A program made the position numbers and the translations under genes. 56,867 nucleotides of DNA, taken from contig NC_068996.1 in the NCBI RefSeq assembly GCF_001194135.2, positions 6,091,885 through 6,148,751 of the forward strand. Direction: 5' to 3'. Below, piece by piece: positions 1-11,500 of this stretch (the stretch's first letter is position 1; each line of letters opens with the position of its first letter). The stretch is from Octopus bimaculoides. Taxonomy: Eukaryota. Under the pieces are notes generated by a model. The model was not told where the DNA came from and did not search any database. It saw nothing but the letters and a program-made list of their open reading frames with translations.

Positions 1-352
1 GTACATTCTTCGCCAGGGAGGGTTTTGGCATTTATAAGCCTCCCTCTTTCTCTAGTTCTGGCGAGGATGTAGTCGATTTGGCTAGAGTGTCTGCCGGATT
101 GGTAGGTGACTAGGTGACAGGCAGGTTTACTGAAGTTGGTATTGCAAACCATAAGATCGGTTGCCTCACAGAACTCCAGCAGTCTGGTTCCCTCCTCGTT
201 GCGAGAACCGAAGCCATAGCCTCCATGTATGCCATGGAAGCCTCCAGCACGACGTCCGACATGACCATTGAAGTCACCAGCCACAAAGAGAAGGTCTCTG
301 TCTCTTGTCGACGAGGTAGTTTGCAAGAAGGTGTCATAGAATTGGTCTTTCA
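1..352 (-). mobile_element. RTE-clade LINE, AP-endonuclease fragment
   Basis: Minus-strand translation LLFVAGDFNGHVG...GGYGFGSRNEEGTRLLEFC..TDLMVCNTNF...VTYQSGRHSSQIDYIL carries the APE motifs; it runs off the window edge. Confidence 0.9.
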
Positions 353-402
353 GCCCCAAAATTGCTTACAACTATCATGCAATGTCAAGGGCAAGAGATA
401 AT

Positions 403-809
403 AACACACACACATACGACAGGCTTCTTTCAGTTTCCATCCACCAAATCCACTCTCAAGGCTTTGGTCAACCTGGATTTTGCCCAAAGAACCATGCAGA
501 GGGACTGAACATGAAACCATGGGGTTAGGAAGCAGACTTCTTATTTCTTTATTGCCCACAAGGGGCTAAACATAGAGGGGACAAACAAGGACAGGCAAAG
601 GGATTAAGTCGATTATATCGACCCCAGTGCATAACTGGTACTTAATTTATCAACCCCGAAAGGATGAAAGGCAAAGTCGACCTCGGCGGAATTTGGACTC
701 AGAACGTAACGGCTGACGAAATACCGCTAAGCATTTCGCCCGGCGTGCTATCGTTTCTGCCAGCTCGCCACCTTAGACTTCTTACCAAACAGCCACGTCT
801 GCACTTATA
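403..809 (-). mobile_element. tRNA-derived SINE (family B, cttgggcaagtgtcttctactatagc core) interrupted by a second SINE
   Basis: Matches copies at 11958-12370 etc.; split at 543/775. Confidence 0.75.
544..774 (-). mobile_element. SINE family M (gcctttcatcctttcggggtcgataaattaagtaccag central domain, Meta-domain-like)
   Basis: Reverse-complement copy of 39833-40066; flanked by 10-bp TSD agacttctta (534-543, 775-784). Confidence 0.88.
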
Positions 810-1445
810 ATCATCATCATCATCATCATCATTTAACATCCACCTTTCATGCTGGCATGGTTGGAAGTATATTAGTTATTATATTTCATTTCACACTTAC
901 AATCTGGTCTCCGACAATCCATTTCACATAATCTATTACTGAGGTTGTTGTTTAGCCCCTCAGTGAGTAGGTCTGTGATCAGAGGTGTTCTACCCCCATC
1001 TACTATGGCCATCCATGTCTTATTTTCGGATATAGCATATTATAAATGCATCCTTGACATGTCATTCTTTTTGTGAGAGATTTAACTGTTATTTCTTGCA
1101 TATTTAGTAAGTATCTGCGGGTTGGGGTTTATGCTCTCCTGTGTGAAATTGTTGAAGAATTTGAAGAATTAGGTATAGAAGGATTGCTGTTGTTTTTCCA
1201 TCTTGATTGAGCAGTCTTATAACTAAAGGTAATCCAACCATGACAATACCATATTTAGAACTACAGTGTGCCACCTGCTTTTCTTGTGATAGAGTGTAAT
1301 TTGAGGGTGGTTTAATTGTTAATTCTAGTAGATCAATCGTCCATAGCCACATAGGCTCTCCTACCTACCCACATCCCACCCCGTCATTGGCTTGACCATA
1401 AAAAATATTCATTATAATGGATTACATCTGTTTTGTTCTTTTCAG

Positions 1446-1520
1446 ATCCTGACTTGGTGGTTAGCTTGGAAGGGGACCACGAAGCTGCGAGGTCACTTGA
1501 CATGGAAACTGTCCTTGAAG
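1446..1520 (+). CDS. THOC5: THOC5 exon ([25 protein letters not shown])
   Basis: ttcttttcag acceptor, gtaatt donor, phase 1/1; aligns with human DKTLSVAIEGSVDEAKAL. Confidence 0.85.
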
Positions 1521-4500
1521 GTAATTATAATAATAATAATAATCCTTTCTACCATAGGCATAAGTCCTGAAATTTGGGGGAAGGAGGCCTATTCGATTAA
1601 ATTGACCCAACTCCTCAACTTGTAATTATTTTATTGACCCCGAAAGGGAAAGTCAGTCTTGGCAGAATTTGAACTTAGAACATAGAGACGGACGGAATGC
1701 CACTATACATTTTCCCCAGCATGCTAATGGTGCCACCAGCTTGCTGCATCATCATCATCATCATCATTTAACATCCACTTTCCATGCTGACATGGGTTGG
1801 ACAGTTTGACTGATGACCAGCAAGCCAGAAGGCTGCACCAGGCTCCAATCTGATCTGGCAAAGTTTCTACAGCTGGATGCCCTTCCTAACGACAACCACT
1901 CCAAGAATGTAGTGGGTGCTTTTTTACTATAGGTACAAGGCCTGAGATTGTGGGAGAGGGGGTTAGAACTTAAGCATGACTGCAATCCAATGACTGAAGC
2001 CAGCAAAAGAATATATATGTTTGTTGTAACAACAAAGAGGAATGAAACTCAGTATATGAGTATGTATTTTTACAAAAGTGATTCAAGGGCCAAGAGTTTC
2101 ATGCATGGCGCTTATTTATTTGATGATGATAAAGGTGCTTGTGTGTGTGTACATGCAAAAAATTGATGGAATTGTGGTTGTGAAATTTGCTTTGCAAACC
2201 ACATAGTTTTGGGTCCAAGTACACTTCATAATACTTTCTACCCATAACTTCAGTTCCACCAAAATCTTGGTGGGGTGAAATCTGGTTGCTGGATACAGTG
2301 TGGGATCCCATTAGATGATATCATCATCGTCTTCATCATTTTAACGTTCACGTTTCCATCCTTTCAAGGGTCAGACTGAATTTATTGAGACGGAATTTTC
2401 TACAGCTGGATGCCCTTTTTGTTGTCAACCCCCGCCTGTTTCCAAAGAAGTAATATTTCCTTGTAATCAGACATGTTCACGCAGATTATTGGAAATGAAC
2501 AACACCGCTTGTATGACAGTGACACTCATTTACAACTATCGCACAATGTCAAGACAAGGAGCATATTCTCATGCACATATACATACAGGCTTCCTCCAGT
2601 TTACATTTGCATTCGCTCACAAGGCTTTGATTAGCCTGGAGCTATAGTAGAAAACACTTGCGCAAGGTTCCACACAGTGGGACTGAACCCAAGATTGCAG
2701 GTTTGGGAAATCGAGCTTTTTATCTACTTAGGCATAGACCAGACAATCAGTTGCCCTTATACATTGCTGCTCATAATTCACTTCCATTCTTCTATTGAAT
2801 GCACCCTTCTCTTTCATTTGGACTAAAATTGTTTGTCATCTTTCCCTTATCTTGGAAGTCTTTCAAATGGTCTTTCCAATCTCTTTCATAAAATTACTAT
2901 GAAATGTTTTAATTTCAACATGAATATTTCTGGTTTTAATAAAACCAGAAATATTCTCAGACAGGTCAGCATCAAAAGCATTCCAGAAAATTTAGATGTT
3001 ATTTCACATTCTTATGATAATGAAGGATAGCTTTATGAGTATTTTCCTTAACCCTTTAGTGTTCGGGTTATTCTATCAAACGTAATACTTACCGATTCAC
3101 ATTGTTTTGAATTAATCATGCATTATCTTGTATCTTTGAAATTTCAATGATGTGATTGTTTAATGTAGAATAACATTGTAGGGTAGGTGGGAGAGGCTGG
3201 ATCGGGTTAATTTGAACATAAAACTGATGGAATATTTTGGCTGGATATACCGCCAGTTTAAATGTGAAAGGGTTAAAGATTGAAAATATTACTATTTACA
3301 TTTTTTTTCTTTTACAGAATTTGATTCTGACAGTGATAATGATGATCAAGATAAGCACAGTTCTGTAAGTTGGTTATTTTTTTTCCTTTGCTAACTTTTC
3401 TAACTTTGTACCAGAACAAATTATGGAAGGTATTTTATGTTCCTCCAGTCCAGTCATCTTTAATTGAATGACTCTGCAACAGATTGATCTCTTGTTCGAG
3501 GGAAATGTTTTGATTTTGATCTGCTTGTACACTATGGAAACAGGGTAACCAGCCCCGTGACTCTTAGGACGTGAAACAGTTAATGTTCAGGAATTGTTGT
3601 TGTTGATGATAGTGATATGAAAGCTTACAATCGTAAGATCATGGTTAGGGTTCAATTTATAGACTGAGCAGGGCATTGCATCCTTGAGATCCTTGAGGAA
3701 GGCGCTTCATTTCATGTTGTTCCAATTTCAAGAACTTACCGTTTTTTCAACGTGTATAAGAAACCCTTTTTTGTCAAAAATTAGGTTAAAAAAATAAGTG
3801 ATTTTCTTATACATGGGTAGTATTATAATCCCCTACAAAACCTTTTTTCCAAATTTTGAGCCCCCAAAATTAGGTGGATCCTTATACACATTAAAATACT
3901 GTAATTGTCTTTTGGGGAAGGTACTGAATACTTTCAGTCACATTTATCTGGTTATAGATTGAGAGTATAAGGAAAACTATGTCTTTGATCAGTGGCTTAA
4001 GTTTCATATATATATATATATATATATATAAGTTTAGAGAGCTCTTACCCCTGCTGGCGACAAAGGGACTCTCACTCAGAGTAAAAGGCAGACTGTATGA
4101 CGCATGCGTACGAACAACCATGCTACATGGCAGTGAAACATGGGCTGTAACTGCTGAGGACATACGTAAGCTCGCAAGGAATGAAGCCAGTATGCTCCGT
4201 TGGATGTGTAATGTCAATGTGAATACCCGTCAGAGTGTAAGTATCTTGAGAGAAAAGCTGAACATTAGAAGCATCAGTTGTGGCGTGCAAGNNNNNNNNN
4301 NNNNNNNNNNNNNNNNNNNNNNNNNNNNNNNNNNNNNNNNNNNNNNNNNNNNNNNNNNNNNNNNNNNNNNNNNNNNNNNNNNNNNNNNNNNNNNNNNNNN
4401 NNNNNNNNNNNNNNNNNNNNNNNNNNNNNNNNNNNNNNNNNNNNNNNNNNNNNNNNNNNNNNNNNNNNNNNNNNNNNNNNNNNNNNNNNNNNNNNNNNNN

Positions 4501-7500
4501 NNNNNNNNNNNNNNNNNNNNNNNNNNNNNNNNNNNNNNNNNNNNNNNNNNNNNNNNNNNNNNNNNNNNNNNNNNNNNNNNNNNNNNNNNNNNNNNNNNNN
4601 NNNNNNNNNNNNNNNNNNNNNNNNNNNNNNNNNNNNNNNNNNNNNNNNNNNNNNNNNNNNNNNNNNNNNNNNNNNNNNNNNNNNNNNNNNNNNNNNNNNN
4701 NNNNNNNNNNNNNNNNNNNNNNNNNNNNNNNNNNNNNNNNNNNNNNNNNNNNNNNNNNNNNNNNNNNNNNNNNNNNNNNNNNNNNNNNNNNNNNNNNNNN
4801 NNNNNNNNNNNNNNNNNNNNNNNNNNNNNNNNNNNNNNNNNNNNGTGTTGCCATCCGGTTTCACCAGTCCTCAGTCAAATCGTCCAACCCATGCTAGCAT
4901 GGAAAGCGGACGTTAAACGATGATGATGATGATGATGATGATGATGATATATATATATATATAAAGCAAAATCGTGATGGCACCTGTGCCCAGCATCACC
5001 TTTCTAGCACTTGTGCCCGTGGCATGTGTAAGGACTTTCGAGTGAGATCGTTGCCAGTGCCCCTGGACTGGCTCTTGTGCGGGTGGCATGTAAAATACAC
5101 CATTTTGAGCGTGGCCGTTGCCAGTACCGCCTGACTGGCCTTCGTGCCGGTGGCACGTAAAAGCACCCACTACACTATCGGAGTGGTTGGCGTTAGGAAG
5201 GGCATCCAGCTGTAGAAACTCTGCCAAATCAGATTGGAGCCTGGTGTAGCCATCTGGTTTCACCAGTCCTCAGTCAAATCGTCTAACCCATGCTAGCATG
5301 GAAAGCGGATGTTAAACGATGATGATGATTAATATCTATAACACTTTCTTGTTAAAGCTGGTCATACATTTAACAAAAAGTCATCATCATCGTTTCATTT
5401 AATGTCCCTTGTTCCTTGTTTGTGTGGGTCTGGCGAAATTTGTCGGGGCAGATATTTTATGGTTGGGCGTCCTTCCTGTTGTCACCCTCACTTGGATTGA
5501 AGCAAAGTAATATTTCCCCATGGCCAGACATATTTTTAACAGACTAACTAGAAACAAACAGCATTACTTGTATAATAGTGATACTTGTTTACAACCAGCA
5601 TGGGATGTCAAGACAATGGTAAACACAGATACAGACCCCATATATATATATATGTACACAGACGTACATGCATACACATACACACAGCCCAGGTTTATAG
5701 CTGAAGACATTTGCCCAAGGTGTCACACAGTGGGACTGAACCTGAGACCGTATGCTTGGTAAGCAAACTCCTTAACCACACAGTCATGCCTGTCATGCCC
5801 TCGCTCTGACTCAATTGTAAATCACACACATTGAGACACGATAATAAAAAGTTACCAAAGTACAAAGAAACTGTTGAGGAACTTTGTCAGTTATATTCAT
5901 CATCATCATCATCGTTTAACGTCCGCTTTCCATGCTAGCATGGGTTGGACTGTTTAATAAAGCTTACAAAGCTGAATAAAAAGAATAACTTCAGAGTAAA
6001 GATCTTCATCATAGAAGATATAGTGCATTTCTTCATTTTCTGACATCATATACATCCAGAGACATGGTTTCTTTGTTATATAATTCTGTCTCTTGGAAGT
6101 TTTTTGTCCCAAATTCTAGCCTCTCACACCTACCCTGCAATGCCACTCAAAATAAACAGTCAGATCACTGAAATCCTGAAGCTACGTTAAACCATGTTTA
6201 ACTCAAAACACTGTGAATAAATAAGCATTATATGTGATAATCTGAAGGGTTTGAATTATGTGACGTGGATCAATTTAAGCAGTTCTAACCTCTTCACTAT
6301 GAGTAAATGACTTGATTCCAAAGTTATATGTTATCATTGCTGTTGAGTTCAGGTGCTGCCAAGGTCAGTTATACTTTTCATCCTTCCTTGGGTTGGTAAA
6401 GTAATAAAAGTATCGGTGAAGTACTGGGAATTGATGTAAGCGATTAACCTCACCCCAGCCTTAAATCTGTGGCTTTGTATCAATGTTGAAGACTGTTTGT
6501 TGTTGTTACATGCAGAAACACAGACGGAAAACTACTGAATCTCGTAAATCTGACCGCAAACTTCAAGTTCTTCGTAAACATCCCCTTTCAGTGATACTTG
6601 TGATTGGTTGCAGTGGTAAGTATGGAACCTAATTATTTGTTTATTTTATATGTATGCTTAGTCTAGGGAATGGATGTATGGTTAAGAAATTTCCTTCGCA
6701 ATGTTGTGGTACTTAGGTTCAATCTCACTGCTTGATACATTGGACAAGTACCTTCTACTATAGCCTAAGATTAAATAATACTTTGTAGGCGGAATTTGGT
6801 TGATGAAAGCTGTGTAGAACTTCATTGGAAGTGTGCATGTGTATACGTGAAAGCACGTGGTGTAGTGGTTAGGATATGGCAGTCACAATTGCATGGTCAT
6901 GGTTTCAAGTCCCAGACCAGCAATGTGTTGTGCTCTTGAGCAAAACACTTCATTTCACATTGTTCCACTTCACTCAGCTGTAAATGGGTGACCATTCTGA
7001 CAGACTAGTTTTCTGCTTGGAGGAAATATCGGGTGGCACCATTTGAAAGCTATAACAATGCAAGGAAGCACATTGGGACTAGCAGTGTATAAATACAGTG
7101 ATATTGAGATATATATATACACACACATATATATAAGCTGTGTAGTAAGAAGCTTGCTTCCCAACCACATGGTTCCAGGTTCAGTCCCACTGCATGACAC
7201 CTTGGGTAAGTGTCTTCTATTCTACCCTTGGGCCAACCAAATCCTTGTGAGTGGATTTGTTAGACAGAAACTGAAAGAAGCCTGTTGTATATATATATGT
7301 GTGTTTGTGTGTGTGCACACAACTAATGTTGGTGTGTTAACATCCCCATAACTTAATGGTTTGGCAAAAGAGACCAATAGAATAAGTACTAGGAACTTAC
7401 AAAGAATAAGTCCTGGGGTCGATTTCTCCGACTTAAAAACCCTTTAAGGTGGTACTCCAGCATATCCACAGTCAAATAACTGAAACAAGTAAAAGAATAA

Positions 7501-8550
7501 AAGAACATATATTTATATACATAAAATATATCATCATCATCATCATCATTATCATTTAACATCCATTGTCCATGCTGGCATGGGTTGGATAGTTTGATTG
7601 GACTGGCACACTAGAAGGCTGCGCTAGGCTCCAGTCTGATTTGGCATGGTTTTCTATGCCAACCACTCTGAGAATGTAATGGGTGCCATATGCATGACAC
7701 TGGTATCTGCCATGACTGCGATCTTGCTTGGCTTAATGGGTCTTCTTCTCAAGCACGACATAATGCCAAAGGTCTTGGTCATTGCCTCCGTGAGGCCCAA
7801 CAGATTACTCACTAGGATTAAGTGTTTTAACCCCTTTATTACCATATTTCTATTTAGATACACTTCTTTTGCCTGGCTGTTTGGTAAGAAGCTTGCTTCC
7901 CAACCACATGGTTCTGGGTTCAGTCCTACTATGTGACATCTTGGGCAAGTGTCTTCTATAACCTCAGGCTAACCTAAGCCTTATAAATAGATCTGCATAA
8001 CTTAGTGGTTTGGTGAAAGAGACTGATAGAATAAGTACCAGACTTTAAAAAAAATGGTACCGAGGTTGATTCATCAGATTAAAAATTCTTCAAGTAAAAA
8101 GGTAGTAAGCTGGTATTTGGAACATAAATTAGCATGAATTTTTTATGAAAGGTTTTAATTTAGTTCCCTTTAAAACCGTTTGTATTGTGGAAAGAAGGGG
8201 AGTTTCAGGCAGGTTACTTATCAAGTTAATTAAAAAAAAGAAATCAATGTTTCTTTTTCTTTTAATTTGTAAATGTTTGTACATTTTATTGTTAATCACT
8301 GTAAACTTAACATTGTAAAATATTTCCTCCTTTCTTTCTTTCTTTTTATTTATTTATTTATTTTTTCATTTACTTCAGATAGCAGCTCAGTCCACCTGAC
8401 ATTTAATTATCTTCTGATGCTGAATATCATCACTGTAAATGTCATGGTTCAGCCAGGACCTCAGGCGCCCACAACTTCAATATGCGGAGGGTTGGTTTCT
8501 TATAATAATAATAATAACGATGATGAAAATAATAATAACAATAACAATAC

Positions 8551-8581
<31 letters not shown>

Positions 8582-11500
8582 GATAATAATAATAATGATG
8601 ATGAAAATAATAATAATAATGACAATAATAATAATAACGGAAATAAAGATGATGAAAATAATAAGATTATTCTTTTTGCTGACCTTTTGTGTCTGTGTGT
8701 TTTGTAAACGTTTGTTTGTTGAATAAATTTTCAATATTGAATTTTGTAAAGTATACCCAGAATAAACTATGCATGCACAAGTATTTACAGTAAGATCTCA
8801 GGCAGTTGCTGCAGCATTCTTCAACTCTCTGTGTCTCTCCCACTACTTGAAAAATTCCTCCTCTCACACATACACACGCACGCACACACACACACACCTC
8901 ATTTGTAAATGTTCTGTTCTTTGTTATTTTAATGTCCATTCTTCCATGCTGAAACAGACAGGTTGGGTGGTTTGACAGGAAACAACTAGCCAGAGGTATG
9001 CTTAGAGCTCCAATATCTGCTTTGGCATGATTTCTACAGCTGAGCACCCTTGCTAGTAGTGCCAACCACTTTATAATGCGTGTTTTTTTTTTTCTTCAAG
9101 TTCAATGAAATTTAATTCTATATCTAGCCATTTGGGAGCCTACTTAAACCCTTCACTCCCTGTGGATTATATGCTTTCAACAATTTTTCTCTGCTGTTCT
9201 CTACTCTGGGATGTTTTTCCTGCTTCTCTCCAGCTAGATCCCTGCTTACTTACAGTTTCCTTTTGGATTTTGCTGCACTGTGTCGTATGTTTCCCTGAAG
9301 GAAGGCCCTCCCCCTCTCCCAGATTTTTTTGCTTTTGACCTATGCAAACCCATTTTTATCTCTGGGAAGAGGTGGTTCATATTAGTGTGGCTGCTATCCT
9401 TTGATCTGTCCAGCATCGGAGGACCTACCAGGAGTGTACACTCCACTGGCATAACTCTCAGGGTCACTGATATACACAAGGCACCATACAACAACAATGA
9501 AATGGACCTTGTGGTGGGGTTGGGGCCTGGTTTCATAAAGAGAAATATGACCAAGACTAAGTCAAATGGAAAAGATTTGTAATAAAAAAAAAACTCAAGC
9601 ATGACTTTGTGGTAAGAAGCTCGCTTCCCAACCACATGGTTCTGGGTTCATTCCCACTGCGTGGCACCTTGGGCAAGTGTCTTCTACTATAGCCTCGGGC
9701 CGACCAAAGCCTTGTGAGTGGATTTGGTAGACGGAAACTGAAAGCCCCATCACATATAAGCCTGGTGTAGTCTTCTGCCTGGCCAACTCCTGTCAAACGA
9801 TCCAACTCACGCCAGCATGGAAGGCAGATGTTAATATATGTACATGTGTATTGATAGCAACATGTAAACGAATAGTTGTAGCTAACTGCATTGCCACTAT
9901 TTATTTTTTCTTTCTCTCTCTCTCTCTGTCTTTCTGTAGAGATTTGTTATCACCAGATAAGTTTTTAGCTTACCTGTATCCTGAGGATCATGGTTGTGAC
10001 ACTCCTAATCCTGCAAACCAATATGTCCTGAAACGATTTGGGTAAGCCCTTTCCTATTCTACTTTTTATTGAAATTCTTTTTAATTCTTTAGCTTTTTTT
10101 TTCCCCCTTTTTAATGTCAAAAGGAAACAGACATTAAGGATCAGTATAAGGTTTGTTTAATGTACCTCTTCAGAGGACTTAAGAAATTTGGTTAAATTGT
10201 TAATTTGTCATTTCTATTGTTTATCACCAGGTCAGTCTTAATTGAGCAAACCTATGTTAGGTCAAAGGCATTCCAGTCATGGCTATCACATCTTTTTAGG
10301 GAGTGTTTAAGACTACATATGTCTAACATACTTTTTCTTTATTATCTCTACAACCAGAAGCCCTTCTTGTTACCAACCTTCACTTCTTTCCTTGCAAGCA
10401 GGGCCAAATTAAGATCTTTAGTGGCCCTAAGCACTTATAAGATTTTGGTGCTTTCACATTTAATTAAAAATCAACATTGTTATCATCATCATCGTTTAAC
10501 GTCCGTTTTCCATGCTGGCATGGGCTGGATGGTTTGATTGGGGTCTGGGAAGCCAGGAGGCTGCACCAGGCAAACTATAAAATGAAATTTTATCTTCCAA
10601 ATGAAACAAAAATAACAGCAAGATAGAAAATAATGTTTATTTTCATATACTTCCATTTCATTTATATTTGAAAAATTTTCTCTTACTTTTTTTTAATTGC
10701 AAAGTCCTTAATCAAATCCTCAAAATTCATCTTACATAACACATCTGCTTCTAAACTTAGAGATAAGGCATCCGAATAGTATTTTAGCAAGTTTAAAGTG
10801 ATTTCTTTTGTGCTGTAAACCATTTACTATTTCTGTGGTGCTCTCTCCTTCCCTTGATGCCTTAAGCATGTGTTTATTTTGCTTAATGGTTAATCAAGTG
10901 CTGCAGGCAAGATTTTTTTTTTTCTCACTGGTCAGTCATGTTTCCACGAAAGATTTACATGTCTATAAAAAGAAACAAAGAAAAAAAAACATGAGAAAGA
11001 AATTTATAATTTTGCTTTGTTTGTTTTGTTTCTCTTCAGTCTTGGTGACTTTTCAAGCCACATCAGCATTACAGGTCGTCCTTACCTGTGGGCCCAGTGG
11101 ATTGCAGGGCTCCAGTTTCTGAGTAACGATGTAAAATCTGGCAGTTCTTTGAGCTCAAGTCACATGCAAAACACTATTGAGCTGCTACGACGACGCATCC
11201 AGGCGAGACTTTCTCTTCTGAAACAACTTGTATCCCTTGGTTTGTATCATTTTCGTTTTTATTCAGCTTTTTTTTTTTTCCACTATAGTGTTAATGAATA
11301 ATTTGGCGCAAGGCTACACGTTTGTGGAAGGACTCTTAGGTTTTCTGTCAATTCTACATACATCTAGGACCTCCCAGTATCTGTCAGACGTTTTGTTTTG
11401 TCAACTCCTCAGAGGAGTGAATGCCAGAGCTGGCTGCAGCAAAACTTAAGCTCAGAAACTAAAGGCTTGAAACTAAATCTCACAAGATATTTTGTCTGAT

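Noticed and set aside
4123-4923. Long ORFs of 150-436 aa spanning N runs (also 12672-13982, 19115-20104, 23130-24281, 42453-43070, 52987-53611)
   Set aside because: They are open only because N codons contain no stops.
8273-8734. Poly-Asn/Ile/Met ORFs (also 38110-38638, 40750-41071)
   Set aside because: Trinucleotide microsatellites; only 8379-8490 and 37992-38149 are real exons.
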